DNA of 64,000 bases from Podarcis tiliguerta (taxonomy: Eukaryota): NCBI GenBank assembly GCA_965153285.1, contig OZ229115.1, one strand, 5' to 3'. Under the pieces are notes generated by a model, which worked only from the letters and a program-made list of their open reading frames with translations, was not told the DNA's origin and did not search any database. Shown here in pieces: positions 51,578-64,000 of this stretch (positions within the stretch are counted from its first letter, which is position 1; each line of letters opens with the position of its first letter). The position numbers and the translations under genes were made by a program.

Positions 51578-53660
51578 ACAACAGCACAGGCTGTGCATAT
51601 CGTAACCAAATACTGTATGCATTTGAGTGTAATCCATAAACGTGCTGGTTATGGCAATCTTAAAATGTCCCAGGAGCAGATAATACTGTTACATAGCCTA
51701 TAATCGAAATAGTCTCTAGCTCCCCAGCTATGCTTAAGGTTGGGGACTGGAGAGGAGTGCTGCATCCATGCCAGGACTCCACAAATAAATTCATTTGCTG
51801 TGATCACTATGGGGAATCCTTAAGCTGAGCGCGGGCAACATAACCCCCTTGCCTCAGCTCAGAGCAACTGCCCAAGGTGATCATGATACGGATGAGCCCT
51901 CATCCCCTTACACATCAGCGTGGAGTAAAGAGAAGTGCAGGGCCTTGCCCCTGCAGTCATGCCGGGCTTTCGCAGCACCTGGATCATTTCCAAAACTCAG
52001 TGTGCCATCACAGACAGGATGCTGGCCCTTCATTCAAGAAGAAGAGGCAGGATTGATGGCAAATCACACATCTGGGCTCTGCGACAAAGCCAACCAAAAT
52101 TTGTAAAGCCCTGATGTGTGCAATGGACCACTTTTCTGGAAGGCATCTTATGGTAGCCAAAAAAAAAAAAAAAAAAGGCACAGAAATTCTTTGCTCATTT
52201 TCCCTCTGTGAATCATTCTGGGTGGTTGCAAACCTTTATTTCCAGCAGCTACTTTGCTGTGTAAAATCAAACTGAACATATTTATTAACTTCCTGGCATT
52301 GGAGCACCTCTTGCTTTTCCATAAAGCTAAGGAGAGCTCTGTTTAAGATTGAAAAGCTAGCAGTGGGTTATGGTCAACCCAGACTCCTTTTGCAAATTGA
52401 AATTCTGTCATGGTGATTCAAGCCTGACCGTTCTGGACACTTGGAAATACTTCATTTCTGCTGCAAATTGCAAAGCTCTGTACACATACACTTAGAGACC
52501 TGCCATTGGGTGCTGTCCCCTCTTTGTCTACAAAGCCCCTTCTCCCTGCCCCCCCCCATTCCCCACACTACTTTATTCCAGCCAGTCACAGCTATAACTG
52601 ACTTTTGGAAAGGAGGGGGGTTTGTCTGCTTTAAAAGAGCGAGAGCTTAATGCTGCTTCCCCTATAATGAGATTGGCTCGCTTCCCAGACTCCTGCTAGT
52701 GAGCTTGCTGTTTGTTTTGTTGTTTTATGAGCCCCAGAGGGCCCGGCGAGCTGGGCTTTTGGAAGCTGGGCAAGGCCAGTGTCGGCAGTTTATTTACAGT
52801 TTACAACCAGCCTATGGGGGAGCTTTATTTTTGTGACAAGTCTAGAGAATGCTGGACCCTCCAGGGACCAGGCCAAATTTTATCCATGTCAAATGCCAGG
52901 AGGATATTTGGCTATCCTGAAGCAAGGAATGAGGTGGACAAAAGCTAAGTATCTGGCAAGGGGATAGAGGTTTTGTTGTGATGTTTGGAACAGGACAATA
53001 TGACACTATTGGTGTATTACTTTTTCAGGATCTCTTACTGTGGGCTGCAGTAGTTCTCTGGCATGTCTCCACATGCACACTTAAATAAGACAGTTTCAAC
53101 TGAATTTTACACATGGCATAAATGCAAAAGTGGCCAACTCTTAGGTTCAAAAGTGATGGGAAGCACTTATTTAAGTCCCAGGGGCTTTTTACTAAGATTT
53201 AGAACCCTTAAACCACTTATGCACTCTAGAAAATGGTACCCATGGTGAATTTAAAACAAAACAAATCCTTTGCAGCCTGATAGATTTGCATTAGTTTCTA
53301 TGCAGGTGAAACAATAATGGACTTCTGAGTAAATTCTGCCACTAGAAAACTTTGGCAATTTTGGACAAGTCAAAAAAGGCTTGGAGTTTTTTGCTCAGTG
53401 ATTCAAAACCTGAGATTACTCTCTAGAGGAGAAAAAAAATCGTGAGAAAGTTGTTTCAGTAGATAAGGGCAAAATAAATTAGGCTCCAGCAGAAATTTTT
53501 GTGATGTTGATTTAAAAGAAAGAAAAAAAGAAACACACGGGACATTTTATCTCAAAAAAAAAAAAAATCTGTTTGTGTACCAGCCAGCTTGAAGCTTTCC
53601 TCTCTTTTTACTTCTTTCAACTCTGTACTAAGCTATTTCCTCTTGGTTTCCACCCTGCAA

Positions 53661-53955
53661 GTCCAACATTTCTCTGATGAAAATAGGGACATCCCATTCC
53701 ATAACGATAATTTTACTATTTATACCCCACTCATCTTACTGGGTTGCCCCAGCTACTCTGAGCAGCTTCCAACATATATAAAAACACGGTAATTGCCTTC
53801 AGATAGCCTTCAGACAGCTCAGGGGTCAGATAACCTCTTACCCTGCAAAATCTATCCAATGCAAATAGGGACACCTTACCATATCCTCCAACATTTCTCC
53901 AAAGAAAATAGGGACAGCCTAAGGAAAAGTGGGACATTCAAGGATCAAATCAGAA
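53661..53955. repeat. Interspersed repeat, also present at 35231-35360
   Basis: TCCAACATTTCTC..TGAAA.TAGGGA..TCCCATTCCA...GATAATTTTACTATTTATACCCCAC...CTTACTGGGTTG...CAGCTTC.AACATAT shared between the two loci. Confidence 0.8.
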
Positions 53956-53964
53956 ATATTCTAT

Positions 53965-54117
53965 GTCCTTTTAAAGGTGTTTGTGGAAGGGGAGGTGTTA
54001 TTGGTTTGGTTAGGTTTAGTTTAGTTTTAGTTTTTATTATGTATCTTGTGTTATCATTTTGTATTTTTATGTTGTGAGATGCCCTGTGATCTTCATGTGA
54101 AGGGTAGTACACAAATT

Positions 54118-54173
<56 letters not shown>

Positions 54174-54184
54174 TAATAATAATA
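53965..54184 (+). mobile_element. L2-type LINE 3' end with (AAT)n tail
   Basis: T-rich UTR, TGTGAGATGCCCTGTG...GAAGGGTAGTACACAAAT stem-loop, then (AAT)n 54119-54184. Confidence 0.55.
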
Positions 54185-57100
54185 CATTGAAGGCGCTTCT
54201 CATTGTAGCAGAAAATAAAAGCTGTCAGTTTAACTACTGCTTTTTGCAGCTTTTGCAGGGGGTCTAGATTGATAATGCACATTTAGTGCTGGATTTTCCA
54301 AGAGCAGTAGCTGGATGCACAAAGGAAGAAGAGAAGTGCAGGGAAACAGCTTGGGGGGTGTAGGTGGGGAGGGGATTATATGCACAAATTTACAGAAGGT
54401 ATTCCATGGATAACAGAAACAGCCTGCAGAGGTTTTCCATAGATATTGGATGAATCTTGGATGGAACAATGTGTTGGGGGGGGGGAGCTTTGGGGAAATA
54501 AAGGGACAAGTTATTGTCCTGTTGTTAGACATGTAACAAGCCACTGTGGAGATCTTGCATGGTTCCTATTAATTCCATGTGAACAGTCTGTAGTGATCTT
54601 ACAAACAGTCTTATAGCTGCACAGCTGCCATCTGATGAAGTTTTGTGAAGGATAAAATATTTGATGCCAAAATCTGAATTCCAATGAGCTGGTTGCTTTA
54701 ATGGCATGATGCCAAGATATATTCTTTTAAAAATAAGAAAATGTGTTGCTGCTTATGCATTTAGAGGTATAATGTCCCTCTGTCTGGAGAATAATGCTTT
54801 GCTTTACTAAAAGCACCAAATGCCTGAGTTGATTCTATCCCATCAGTAAAGGTCAGCTTTAAAAGTTGCACTTTTGCTAGCATGAGTCATGGGAACAAAT
54901 ATTTAAGGGACTGGGCACAATCTGAGCCTAACTAATTTAATCCTGCTGTATCTGGGTTTCAAATGACATTTAGTTAGCTCTAATGCTTTCTAACCATATC
55001 CTCTTGTTTGATATATCCTTGCCTAAAGTGCAATGTGATGGCCTTCATTAGAATAAAGAATCCTATTGTTGGAGTATTATAGCATGTAGATATTCTTCTG
55101 GGAAATGCTTTCTTCTGGCTGCAGCTGAAGGTAATGAAGGGAAACCTGTACTTAAACTGATGCGCTCCTTGGTGCTCATCTGAGACTAGCAGCAAATGCA
55201 TCTGGGTTACTAGGTCTTTTCCTTCCATCCCAACCTGTTAGAAAGAATTTATTGAATGAAAAGCGTATTACCGGTTTACAGGTGGTAGGTGAACTAATGC
55301 TCGTTTCAGCTTTGCAGATTATGTTTCAGTTAACCTTCCATTAAGATGTAGTTTTTACATCCATCCCAGCCCAAACCACCACCACACTGATCCACACATG
55401 TTTTGCATTCCTGACATTGGGGTCGTGTCCCCTGTCGTGTCACAGCAGGGCAGATGGAATGACTAGGGTAGATTGCCTGGTTCATGGGTGAAAAATCAAT
55501 CTTGTCTTTCATGCCAAGAAGTGGTGTGTCATATTATAGCTAATAAATCAGTGAAGTGCCCTTCATCCAGCTTGTCAGTGGAGGACAGTGTTTGTGTGAT
55601 TGAGAATAAATGAAGGCCAGAGTGCTGTCAGGCATGGAGAAGTGTGTGTATAATTTTGCCATCATGCCGTTTATACCTGCTACTATAAGAAAAATGAGTT
55701 TGCTAGGATAACTTAGAGCCACACACTGCAACAGCATGTGGTCAGGGGCCACAGAAACACCCTAGAAAAAAACAAACAAACAAAGACTGTAGCTTTGCCA
55801 ATGGGTTTCCCCCCCTTCTTGTTAGCAAAGAATTCATACCATGGCACAATTCTAGTTGTTTTTGTATCAGTAGGAATGGACAGGTATTGTGTATTAGATA
55901 AGTCTAAATGTTTTGTCAGTTATTCCATGTGAACAGTCATGTCCTCTTGATTCAAAAGGTCTTAAGCTTTCAGGTTTTTCAAATCCTTTGTTTAAAAAAC
56001 AACAGGTCAGAGATGAACAAATTTAATAAGATGTAAGCTTTTGTGGACTATAGTCCATCAGATGCAAGTCCATGAAAGCAGTTGTCCATTTTACAGGTGG
56101 TAGGTGAACTAATGTTATTTCAGTTACCTTGCATCTACAACACGGTAAAACTGTATTCTTTACGGGTAAGAACCAGAACTTTGCATTCTGCTCAAAGACA
56201 GACCAGGTGCCACTGGATCTTTTTAAAGAGCTGTGAGCTTTTATCCCAGCTGGAGTCATGAAGTTCACTGGGTGATCTTGGGTCAATCACTGCCTATCTG
56301 CCTAACCTACCTCTCAACATTGTGAAAATAAAATGTTTTGCCACCTTGAGCTTCTTGGAAGAAAGGTAGAATTAAAATGAATAATGAAACAAATAATTAT
56401 GTGCATGCACACTGATGACTGTATAAATAATAGTTATAGTTATTATTATCCTTAAGACATTTAACTGTTCACAGCATTTGATGCTGATTATATCAATGAT
56501 CATTTCAGCAGTATATTGCCACTTTTCACAGTCCTTCAAATTGCACATCGCAAATCTTGCATGCCAACCCTAGTTCTTCCCTAGTCACAGAACAACATAA
56601 TTTTGCTATAACCAATATGTTGCAAATGCTAAATCATGCAAAGCTGACTAATTTGCATGCTTCTTTTTTAAAAAACAAAAACAAAACAAATCTGGATTTA
56701 TTTTCCATTCACAGTATTTAGAATCCAGTGAAATCCTAGACAGCCATAGTTCACTAAAATTGATTCAGTCAGGCTCTTTTCCAGACACTAGTAAATATTT
56801 TGTTTAACTGAGAAGTTACCTCATTCTTGGACATTGTGCCATGAAATATGCATTGTGGGCAATGAAATAATCAATTATATGCTGTATGAAATATGGCCAA
56901 TTTGCCAAGAGAATTAGCAGAACTGTGGTTTTTGTGTGTGTTAGTAAAATCATGTATTTCTCCTGTGAGAAATTAGCAATTTGGTCAGCCACAGTATTGT
57001 TTATTTCCTATTGTAAATCTTTGTTTTCTTTCTCCTCCCCTTTTATTTTGCTTTATGTTGCATAATTGTTGTCCTTTCACCCATTTGTGATAATAATCCT

Positions 57101-58082
57101 AGCAAGTCCTGCACGTGATTTATTTTTTATTTCATTTTTATTTCTATTTCTCCATGGAGTTTCCTGGCTTAGTGGCAAATTTAAATCTGTTCATACTCTG
57201 GCACTCTGTTACCACTGTACCACACTAGCTCTCTCTCATGTAATGGACTATGGATAGAGGTTTTCCCGTTTCTCTGTAAATTCACGTATTATTTGGAGTC
57301 TTGGAATATTTCAACCACAAGGGGCTCAAGCCAAAGACTCATGCAGCTGGGAGCCAAAGACTCATGGAACCCTGGCTCAGCAGTTCTCAAACAAATATCT
57401 GGAGAGTGAGAAAGACCAAACAAATTTAGGACCCCTCCAAAAGACCTGCTTTTTGAGCATTCATCCTGATTTACTAATACAGAGTTAGAGTGTTTCCAGG
57501 CTTTATTGGGCAAGTATTATATGTTCATTCTCTTAAACAGCAGTGAGCATTCATCCTGAATTTATGCTCATTTGCTTGTTGGATACTTATACATCTTACT
57601 GGTAGTCATCCATCCATCCCACACTTCTCAATGCATTTTTTGATCATTTTCCAAAGTACAGAAATTCTTCTTTTTGAAAGTGGATTTGTTGTTCTAGGAA
57701 GATTTTGCACTTTAATCTACAATACTTTCATTGCACAAACCTTACATTCCACTATGCACTGCAAAATCATGACATTTTAAGGGAGGCATCCTCAGCTGTT
57801 TCAAGTGTTACTGGTCGCTCTATTCTAGCTCCTCACCAGCATGTGTCCCAGCAGGTAGTACCTGGAACACCCTCCCTGAGGGGAGGAAAGCAAACTTCGT
57901 TCTCCCCATGTCCCAGGTTGATTGTTTTCCTCTACTGGCCTCAGATTAGTATTGGACAGATTTGAGCAGATAGGATTGCTATGAGGAACTCATGAATGCT
58001 CTTTCTCCACATTCTTTGCAACACTAAGTGGCTGAACAAAGTTGTGCTGCAATTCTGGAAATGGAGGAAATAATACTAAGAG

Positions 58083-58167
58083 TGCAATCCTAACCATAAC
58101 TACCCAGACGTAAGTGCTATGGAATTCAATGAGGCTTAGTCCTAGGTAAGTGGTGTTAGGATTGCAA
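58083..58167. repeat. Short palindromic repeat family (GCAATCCTA...TAGGATTGC)
   Basis: TGCAATCCTAAC...GTAAG...AATTCAATG...CTTA...GGTAAG...TTAGGATTGCA fold-back. Relatives at ~28647-28730, 47683-47705, 47958-48040, 26488-26560; a similar palindrome at 788-887. Confidence 0.65.
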
Positions 58168-60327
58168 GTTTAAGACAATGGGGAGTTGAACAAAAAGGAT
58201 AAGGTGTGCGAGTCATTGCTAAGAAAGAGAGGCACTGTTCCTTGCTGGATAGGGAAGCCTTTTATGCTCTTGTTTTTGATTACCTTTCCTTGTTGTTTGC
58301 TTGAGGTAATTCTTCCATATGTGCAGCCTTTAAAATGTGATTCTGTTGAGACATTTGTATTATTAAAACTCCAAGACTCTGTGCAGTTAGCTTTATGTAC
58401 CTATTGAATATTTCAATGCACCGTGCATAATGCTATCTATATTCATAAGCCAAGCAGGCAATGGACAATGACTTTATACTCCACACAGTTAAATAATAGT
58501 AGTAAGGGATCACATTTGCCTGGCTCTCCTGACTGGCTAGCTTCAAATGTCACGACTTTCACTTGAATGTGCTGATTTTTTATGCCGCTTACCTGGGTGT
58601 GATTTATTCTGTTGTTGATGATTCTATAGGCCTGAGGGGCGATGAGAAAGTCTGGATGCTGGTCAGGAACCCAGGCATCTGCTGTGGGGACCTCCAGTCC
58701 TAGAGCAGGGATGTCCAGATCAAAGGTTTCATGGCCACTGGAATATAGAAATCTGCTAGAGGGTTCTACTTCCCACAGTAATCTTCAGGTTCAGCAACTA
58801 GGTGGGGGTGAACTGTGGCAGGCCAGCATCCTTGTCCCCACTGATCACATACTCTGTCACAAACAAAATGCCCTGTGAGACATAACAGAGAGCTGACAGA
58901 GTGCTAGGCTTCAAACAGGAGCGCTTTCCCTTTAGAAAGCTGCATTCCTCAATAATGTAGCAGGACCTGAGAGAAATAGGCAAGAAATACTGAGTACTCA
59001 TCTTAACAAGTTGTCTGCTTCTAGGGAACTGTCCGAGGTACTGAAAGACCTCCCTCCCTCCCTCCATCCTTATTTCCTGGTTCTGATTCTCAGTCTTGAT
59101 GAGATACAGAGTGAATAGACGTCAAGTCCCCCATCCTTGTTTTCGTTTCCAGATTGCTTTCTCCAAACATCATTTTAGGCTCACCCTCAGCAAGACTGAG
59201 CAGAATATTCCCCATAGTTGGGAATGGTTGAAGGAATTGGCCCTTTTGCTACACCAAAATATTTGTGCCCACCATCTAACACTACAGAAATACAATCTAA
59301 GCCCTATAGTCACATTGATTGCAGCAGCTGAGATTTAAGCATGTGCTTAACTCTCCCATTGAAATCAATTGGAATGGAAAGTGCTTAACTTTGGCTGACA
59401 TATGCTTTAAATCATTTTAAATATAGAATTACTGTTGAGGATTGTGAACTCTCTTATGGTACGGGCAAATCCAATAGCAGTTACCATGAAAAATGTGCAA
59501 TAAACTGCCACATGAATGCCAATACATTTTACAGAATTTACTTGGAAAATATACATTGCCCATGGCTTGGGCTATTCTACCTACGTTGTCTGTACTAACT
59601 GTATTTTATACCAATCCTGTTCTGTTAGGGGTGGGGGGAGTGAACTAGACAATCAGAAATCGCCAGCATGTGTTCCAAAATCACAAAATGGATTTAACAA
59701 GTGAACTGTGATTCTTTTTCAACTGATTTTCTGGTTTCTGGTATTCTTGAGGCTAGCCACGATATAGGCCACATTTTCAAGTATTTCCTCATGATAATGT
59801 AAGCTGAAAATGAGTTTGTTTGTTTTTAACTCCTTGACTCACAAAATTATGGGCTTAATTCACATCCCATTGAATTTAATAGCAATGGTGTCATAGTTTT
59901 TAATGGAGCTTGATTGTGCCCATTAAAACTTGGAACAGAAACATTTAAAAATAGAATAAATATTACAAGACTTATTAAAAAATGTTTGAGTTGGCAAAGG
60001 AATTCAAGCGTAAAGATGAATCACTGTATTTTAATCGTAACAGACAATAGTGATAACTAAAATAGAATGAGAAAGATGTGCAAAAAACAGATTAATTTAG
60101 CAAAATGTGGATAACAGAAACCTCCCAGTACTTTTAACACCTTTGCAGATAACCAAAAGCAGCACTATCCTATAACCCTAATGATAGTTTTATATGCTGC
60201 ACCCATATAAAATATGGCCTTGCTCCAAAAGCAGTAGCAGTGCTGCACATTTGTCATTTTTAAAAACCAATAGGATTATTGTACACTCTGCACTGGAGCA
60301 CACAAGCTCAGAACCCTAGTAGGGTAA

Positions 60328-60904
60328 TGTATGGGAAATGCATCTGGAAGACAAAATTGTATCGAGAAGTTAGTGATCTAACACGGAGCCCTTCCTGCCT
60401 CTGTTCCTCCCCCCTCCCTCACTCTTGTTAAGTTTTCTGATTGTGTGAGAACAGTCTTTAATGCCATGAGAATGTTGGGAGGAGGTAAAGCCCCACACAC
60501 AGCTGCCTTAATCAGTTGTGGAGGATAATGCTGGGTACCTTCTTTGATGTTGGACATTGTTTTGAGAAAGTGAGGCATTGGGAGGGGGTTGGCTAATGGA
60601 TGATCTGCACGTAACCAGTCTTGGAAGCCACACAGGCTATCTATAAAATTGGACAGTTTGGGCAGAGTTTCTTTAAAGCTCGTGCACGGACTGATCGGTT
60701 GCAGGGCCGTTCAAACTGAGGCTACCTGGGGGAGTCGCTTCGCCACTTCTTGAGGGCTTCCAAGTGGCAGATTGAAGTGCTTGCTTGGTATGTATACATT
60801 GCTTGCTGTTTTAGAATAAAATCTTTAATCCTCTCACTCACTTGTGTATTTTGTATTGCTTCTGAAGCTCATTTTAAAAGAAGCACCTAGCCTTTGGCAA
60901 GACA
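60328..60904 (+). mobile_element. Probable solo LTR, ~577 bp
   Basis: TGT...ACA termini. Flanks GGTAA / GGGAA (4/5 TSD). TATAAAA 60642-60648, CpG-retaining middle segment, AATAAA 60815-60820, GT-rich element 60841-60857. Confidence 0.6.
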
Positions 60905-63169
60905 GGGAACCAGTGGGGAAGACTGGTTCACACAGCTTCACAGGACCATTGCTTGGTGATATTTGCTAGGTCTCTTCTTAAAGTTTTTATAGCCTATGGA
61001 CAATTTAGAAAGCAATACATTTATTGAAAATCTAGGGAAATGTTCTTGTAGATATTTCAATAATGTGATCTTTACCTAAACTGACTCTGCAATTTCCCAT
61101 GTGCAAACTAACTGAGGACCAGTAGCTGTTGGCATAGGGATTCTGCTATGATTTTGTCAGTGGACCACCTTTTTACTGCTTGTGTAAGTTTTGATATCAG
61201 GGATGTTTGAATAGCATGGATTAAACAAGACAGCTTCTACTAGTTCTTCACTATTTCTGCTACTTTCTTCTCTTGCGTGGTCATAACTGGACAACATAAC
61301 TATAAATTTACTTAAAAGCTCATTCTGAAGTAGAACATATTTTCTCAAGTTCCTTTTTGCTGCCCCTCTAAACTTGTGCCATGTTACACCTGTTCATGTA
61401 TCCCACACAATTCTCCTGAATCAAGCACATTGTGTGATGGAACAAAGCTGGTGTTTCCACATCTTTTAGCTAGCAGCTCATTTTGCCAACGTGCAGGCAT
61501 CCCATCACAATGAAAATTGATTAGCACTAATGTAATTAAAGGAATGGTTGCCAAGGTGTTCTTCATAATGTTTAAATTATCCTCCTTCCCGCCCCCCTGG
61601 TGCCTCTCTACATATTCACGCTGCTTTTGCTGAAGACAAATTTCCTTTCCTTCCATATGTTCTTATTGGAACAGAGTTTTATTTTTGCCTGTGAAAGTTC
61701 ACAATACGCACCAGATAGACAGCATTTGGAGCAAAGCCTACAGAAGTGCAAAGCATGTTGAACATTTCCCTAGACCTTAGGAAATTGATTGCCAGATTGA
61801 ATGAGTTCCATCCCTTCTTTTAAAAAAAATTTTTTACACATGCCTGCATGCAAAATGCACCTCTGATGGATGTGTTAGTGTAGAATTAGCTGTGTGTCTG
61901 TCTTTTAAAAACCTAAGAAGTGGAGGCTGAGAAAGGATCAGTATGCAATTTTTTAAAAGGAGAGAGAATTTATCCTTTAGTCTAACACCATGTCTTCAAT
62001 TATAGGCAATACTGAACATTTCATAGGCAAACATAAAACATTTGTTCTACACAGGTAAATAATACTGTTATCTCAAGCTTAGCTATCCTTAAAGGTTCCC
62101 ATTAGAGAATGCCTTTTGAATCACTCATGGGGTCTTGCTTCCTTTAAATGATATAATTGTACTAATTGGGTGGCGGGTGGCAGGGAGTAGCATAGCTACA
62201 GTATTTCCTAATTCCGAATATTATTCCTGAGGTTTAGAGGGAGGTTTGCAACATCAGCATGTTGCAAATATCAACATAACATTTCCCAACATAATACAAA
62301 TGTAAAACATCATTTCTCCCCCTGCCTGCCTCTCCCAAGCCACATCAGCACTGTGGTTTTGATGTGGGACAGGTGTACATTCACTAAGCATCTAGATTGC
62401 TTATGACTTTATCCCATTATGATCCACTGCCTGTCCTGGCTCATCCACAGTGTGTGTGACAGCAAATGCAAGACCACCACAGACTGTGCAACCTGTTCAA
62501 TACTTTGAAACTGTAGGAAAGGTGTCTGTTGTATCAAAGTACCTGCTTCCTTCCCATATTTCCGGGTTAGTATGAAGTCAATAAGAAAGAAGGCAAACCT
62601 GTGGTCCTAAAGAAGTTGTTGTGACTACAACACCCATTATTCCTCACCCAGCAACCTCTGAAAGGTCTAAGGAAGCTCACTCCAATTCTAGAGGGCACGT
62701 AACAAGGCAGCATATAGTTTTACTTGCACTTCTTGTGTGAAGTTAGGGCACAGCTGTTATGATGTTATGCTCAAGACAGATGTACAAAGAAATCATGGAG
62801 GAACAGAGAGGGAAGAAACAGTCTCTTCTCTATATGAGTTTCTACTATAAATGTTTAAGGTTTGATTGGTAAGCACAGGTTTCTGCTCTGTCTGTTTCTA
62901 CCAACCAGCAAATCCATCAGGGACTCAAGGATGAAAGCCTGGTGTCCAATTCAAGATCCATATTTTCTTTTTTTGTCAAAGGCAAACTCTCAGACAAACC
63001 ATGCTGAAATAAGACTGCTGAATTCCCACTGGGACTTGAAAAAGTAGAGGGTGGCCCTCACCCTTTGCATCATTATTAGTAGTGACCGTGCACACTTACC
63101 TCATGTTTGGAGATGAACTGTGTGTATCTGTGTAGGTAAACTAAAGCCTGTTGTTTCAAAGCCCTTGCC

Positions 63170-63273
63170 CAGGGTAGCCAATGTGTGCCCTTTAGATGTT
63201 GGCCACACTCATTGGGGCTGCTGGGACTTGCATCCAATAGTACCTGGAAGATCTACCATGTTGGCTTTCTCTG
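63170..63273. mobile_element. Short palindromic hAT-type MITE, degenerate
   Basis: CAGGGTAGCCAATGTG ... CATGTTGGCTTTCTCTG termini with the family core. Confidence 0.55.
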
Positions 63274-63487
63274 ACCTTATCTGTCAATTCAGAGAGGCAG
63301 GCTTGTGCAGGTCCAAAGTGGAAGGTTTGGTTTTTAAAAATTATTCTTGACCTTGCCATCCTATTCTCATTGTTGGAGGAGTGGAGCATGATGAATTTGC
63401 AAAGATCCTGATAATATGCTGCAGTTTCCCCACCACCACCACCACCACCACCAAACCTGATTATCAACTTAATGGTTTATGTGTGCT

Positions 63488-63537
63488 TGTGTGTGTGTGT
63501 GTGTGTGTGTGCGCGCACACACACACACACACACACA
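63488..63537. repeat. Compound microsatellite (TG)12CGCG(CA)11
   Basis: Read directly. Confidence 0.97.
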
Positions 63538-64000
63538 GACTATGATAGTGACAGAGGTGTAAAAGCTGAGCACAATCCCTGCAAATATAAGACAGAAGTA
63601 GCTGTGGGCAAGTCTCGGTTTCAAAGCTATTCTGGAACACAGCATGCCTCCCTAAATTGCTGTTTTGGTTTCTGATCAAGTGTGCTGTGGATTATTGTTA
63701 TCGTTCCTGAATGCTGCCAGCTAGTGCTGCTCCAGCAGCATGTAGGAAAATATAAAAGGCCATAGTCAAAATTATTACATGTATTGAGCATGCAAATTCA
63801 TCATATAAGCCTCTGCCGGGTATTTATGGCCATATTAAATGGGCACAAGCTGGATGCAGCCAAACTTTATTTTATGGCAAGTCTATTGCATCCCTCATGA
63901 TACATAGTTCCTTCCCCCCTTTTTGATTACTGCCCTTTGCATTTCTGGAAATAGATGCCTAGAAAGGCAGATGCCATCTTTCTGAGGCCTGAGCTAGGTA

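Noticed and set aside
52159-52176. A18 run as the tail of a retrocopy
   Set aside because: No upstream poly(A) signal, TSD or recognisable body.
61590-61603. CTCF-like motif (others at ~4808, ~62687)
   Set aside because: Spacing or core mismatches; cannot be supported without PWM scoring or ChIP.

Overview
Vertebrate (squamate, most likely lacertid lizard) genomic DNA spanning the 5' part of the plexin-A2 gene (PLXNA2) on the + strand. A CpG/GC-rich tail at 1-~480 is probably the end of the promoter/first-exon CpG island. It is followed by ~40 kb of presumed intron 1, the first coding exon (ATG 40893, donor after 42080; signal peptide plus most of the Sema domain), the next exon (45214-45396), and then a long intron running out of the window. 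Taxon evidence is a full-length Sauria SINE, two 5'-truncated Bov-B LINEs and Squam3-like SINEs. The introns also hold CR1/L2 3' ends, MIR-like SINEs, Tc1/mariner (TA TSD) and hAT (8-bp TSD) MITEs, about 10 short fold-back elements, a probable sense-oriented solo LTR, microsatellites and a 134-N assembly gap. Apart from the plexin exons and Bov-B fragments, the ORF track looks like noise. I cannot support a novel multi-gene system. The best leads are regulatory: (i) a stop codon/AATAAA/perfect alternative donor module just after the second coding exon; (ii) dual acceptors with an AUG-UGA start-stop in the 5' UTR; (iii) a strand-biased G:U-rich hairpin at ~10.6 kb and a second long hairpin at ~37.3 kb; (iv) the solo LTR poly(A) signal; (v) loopless (TG)n/(CA)n palindromes. 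Repeat family names come from recall of consensus sequences, not from a database search.
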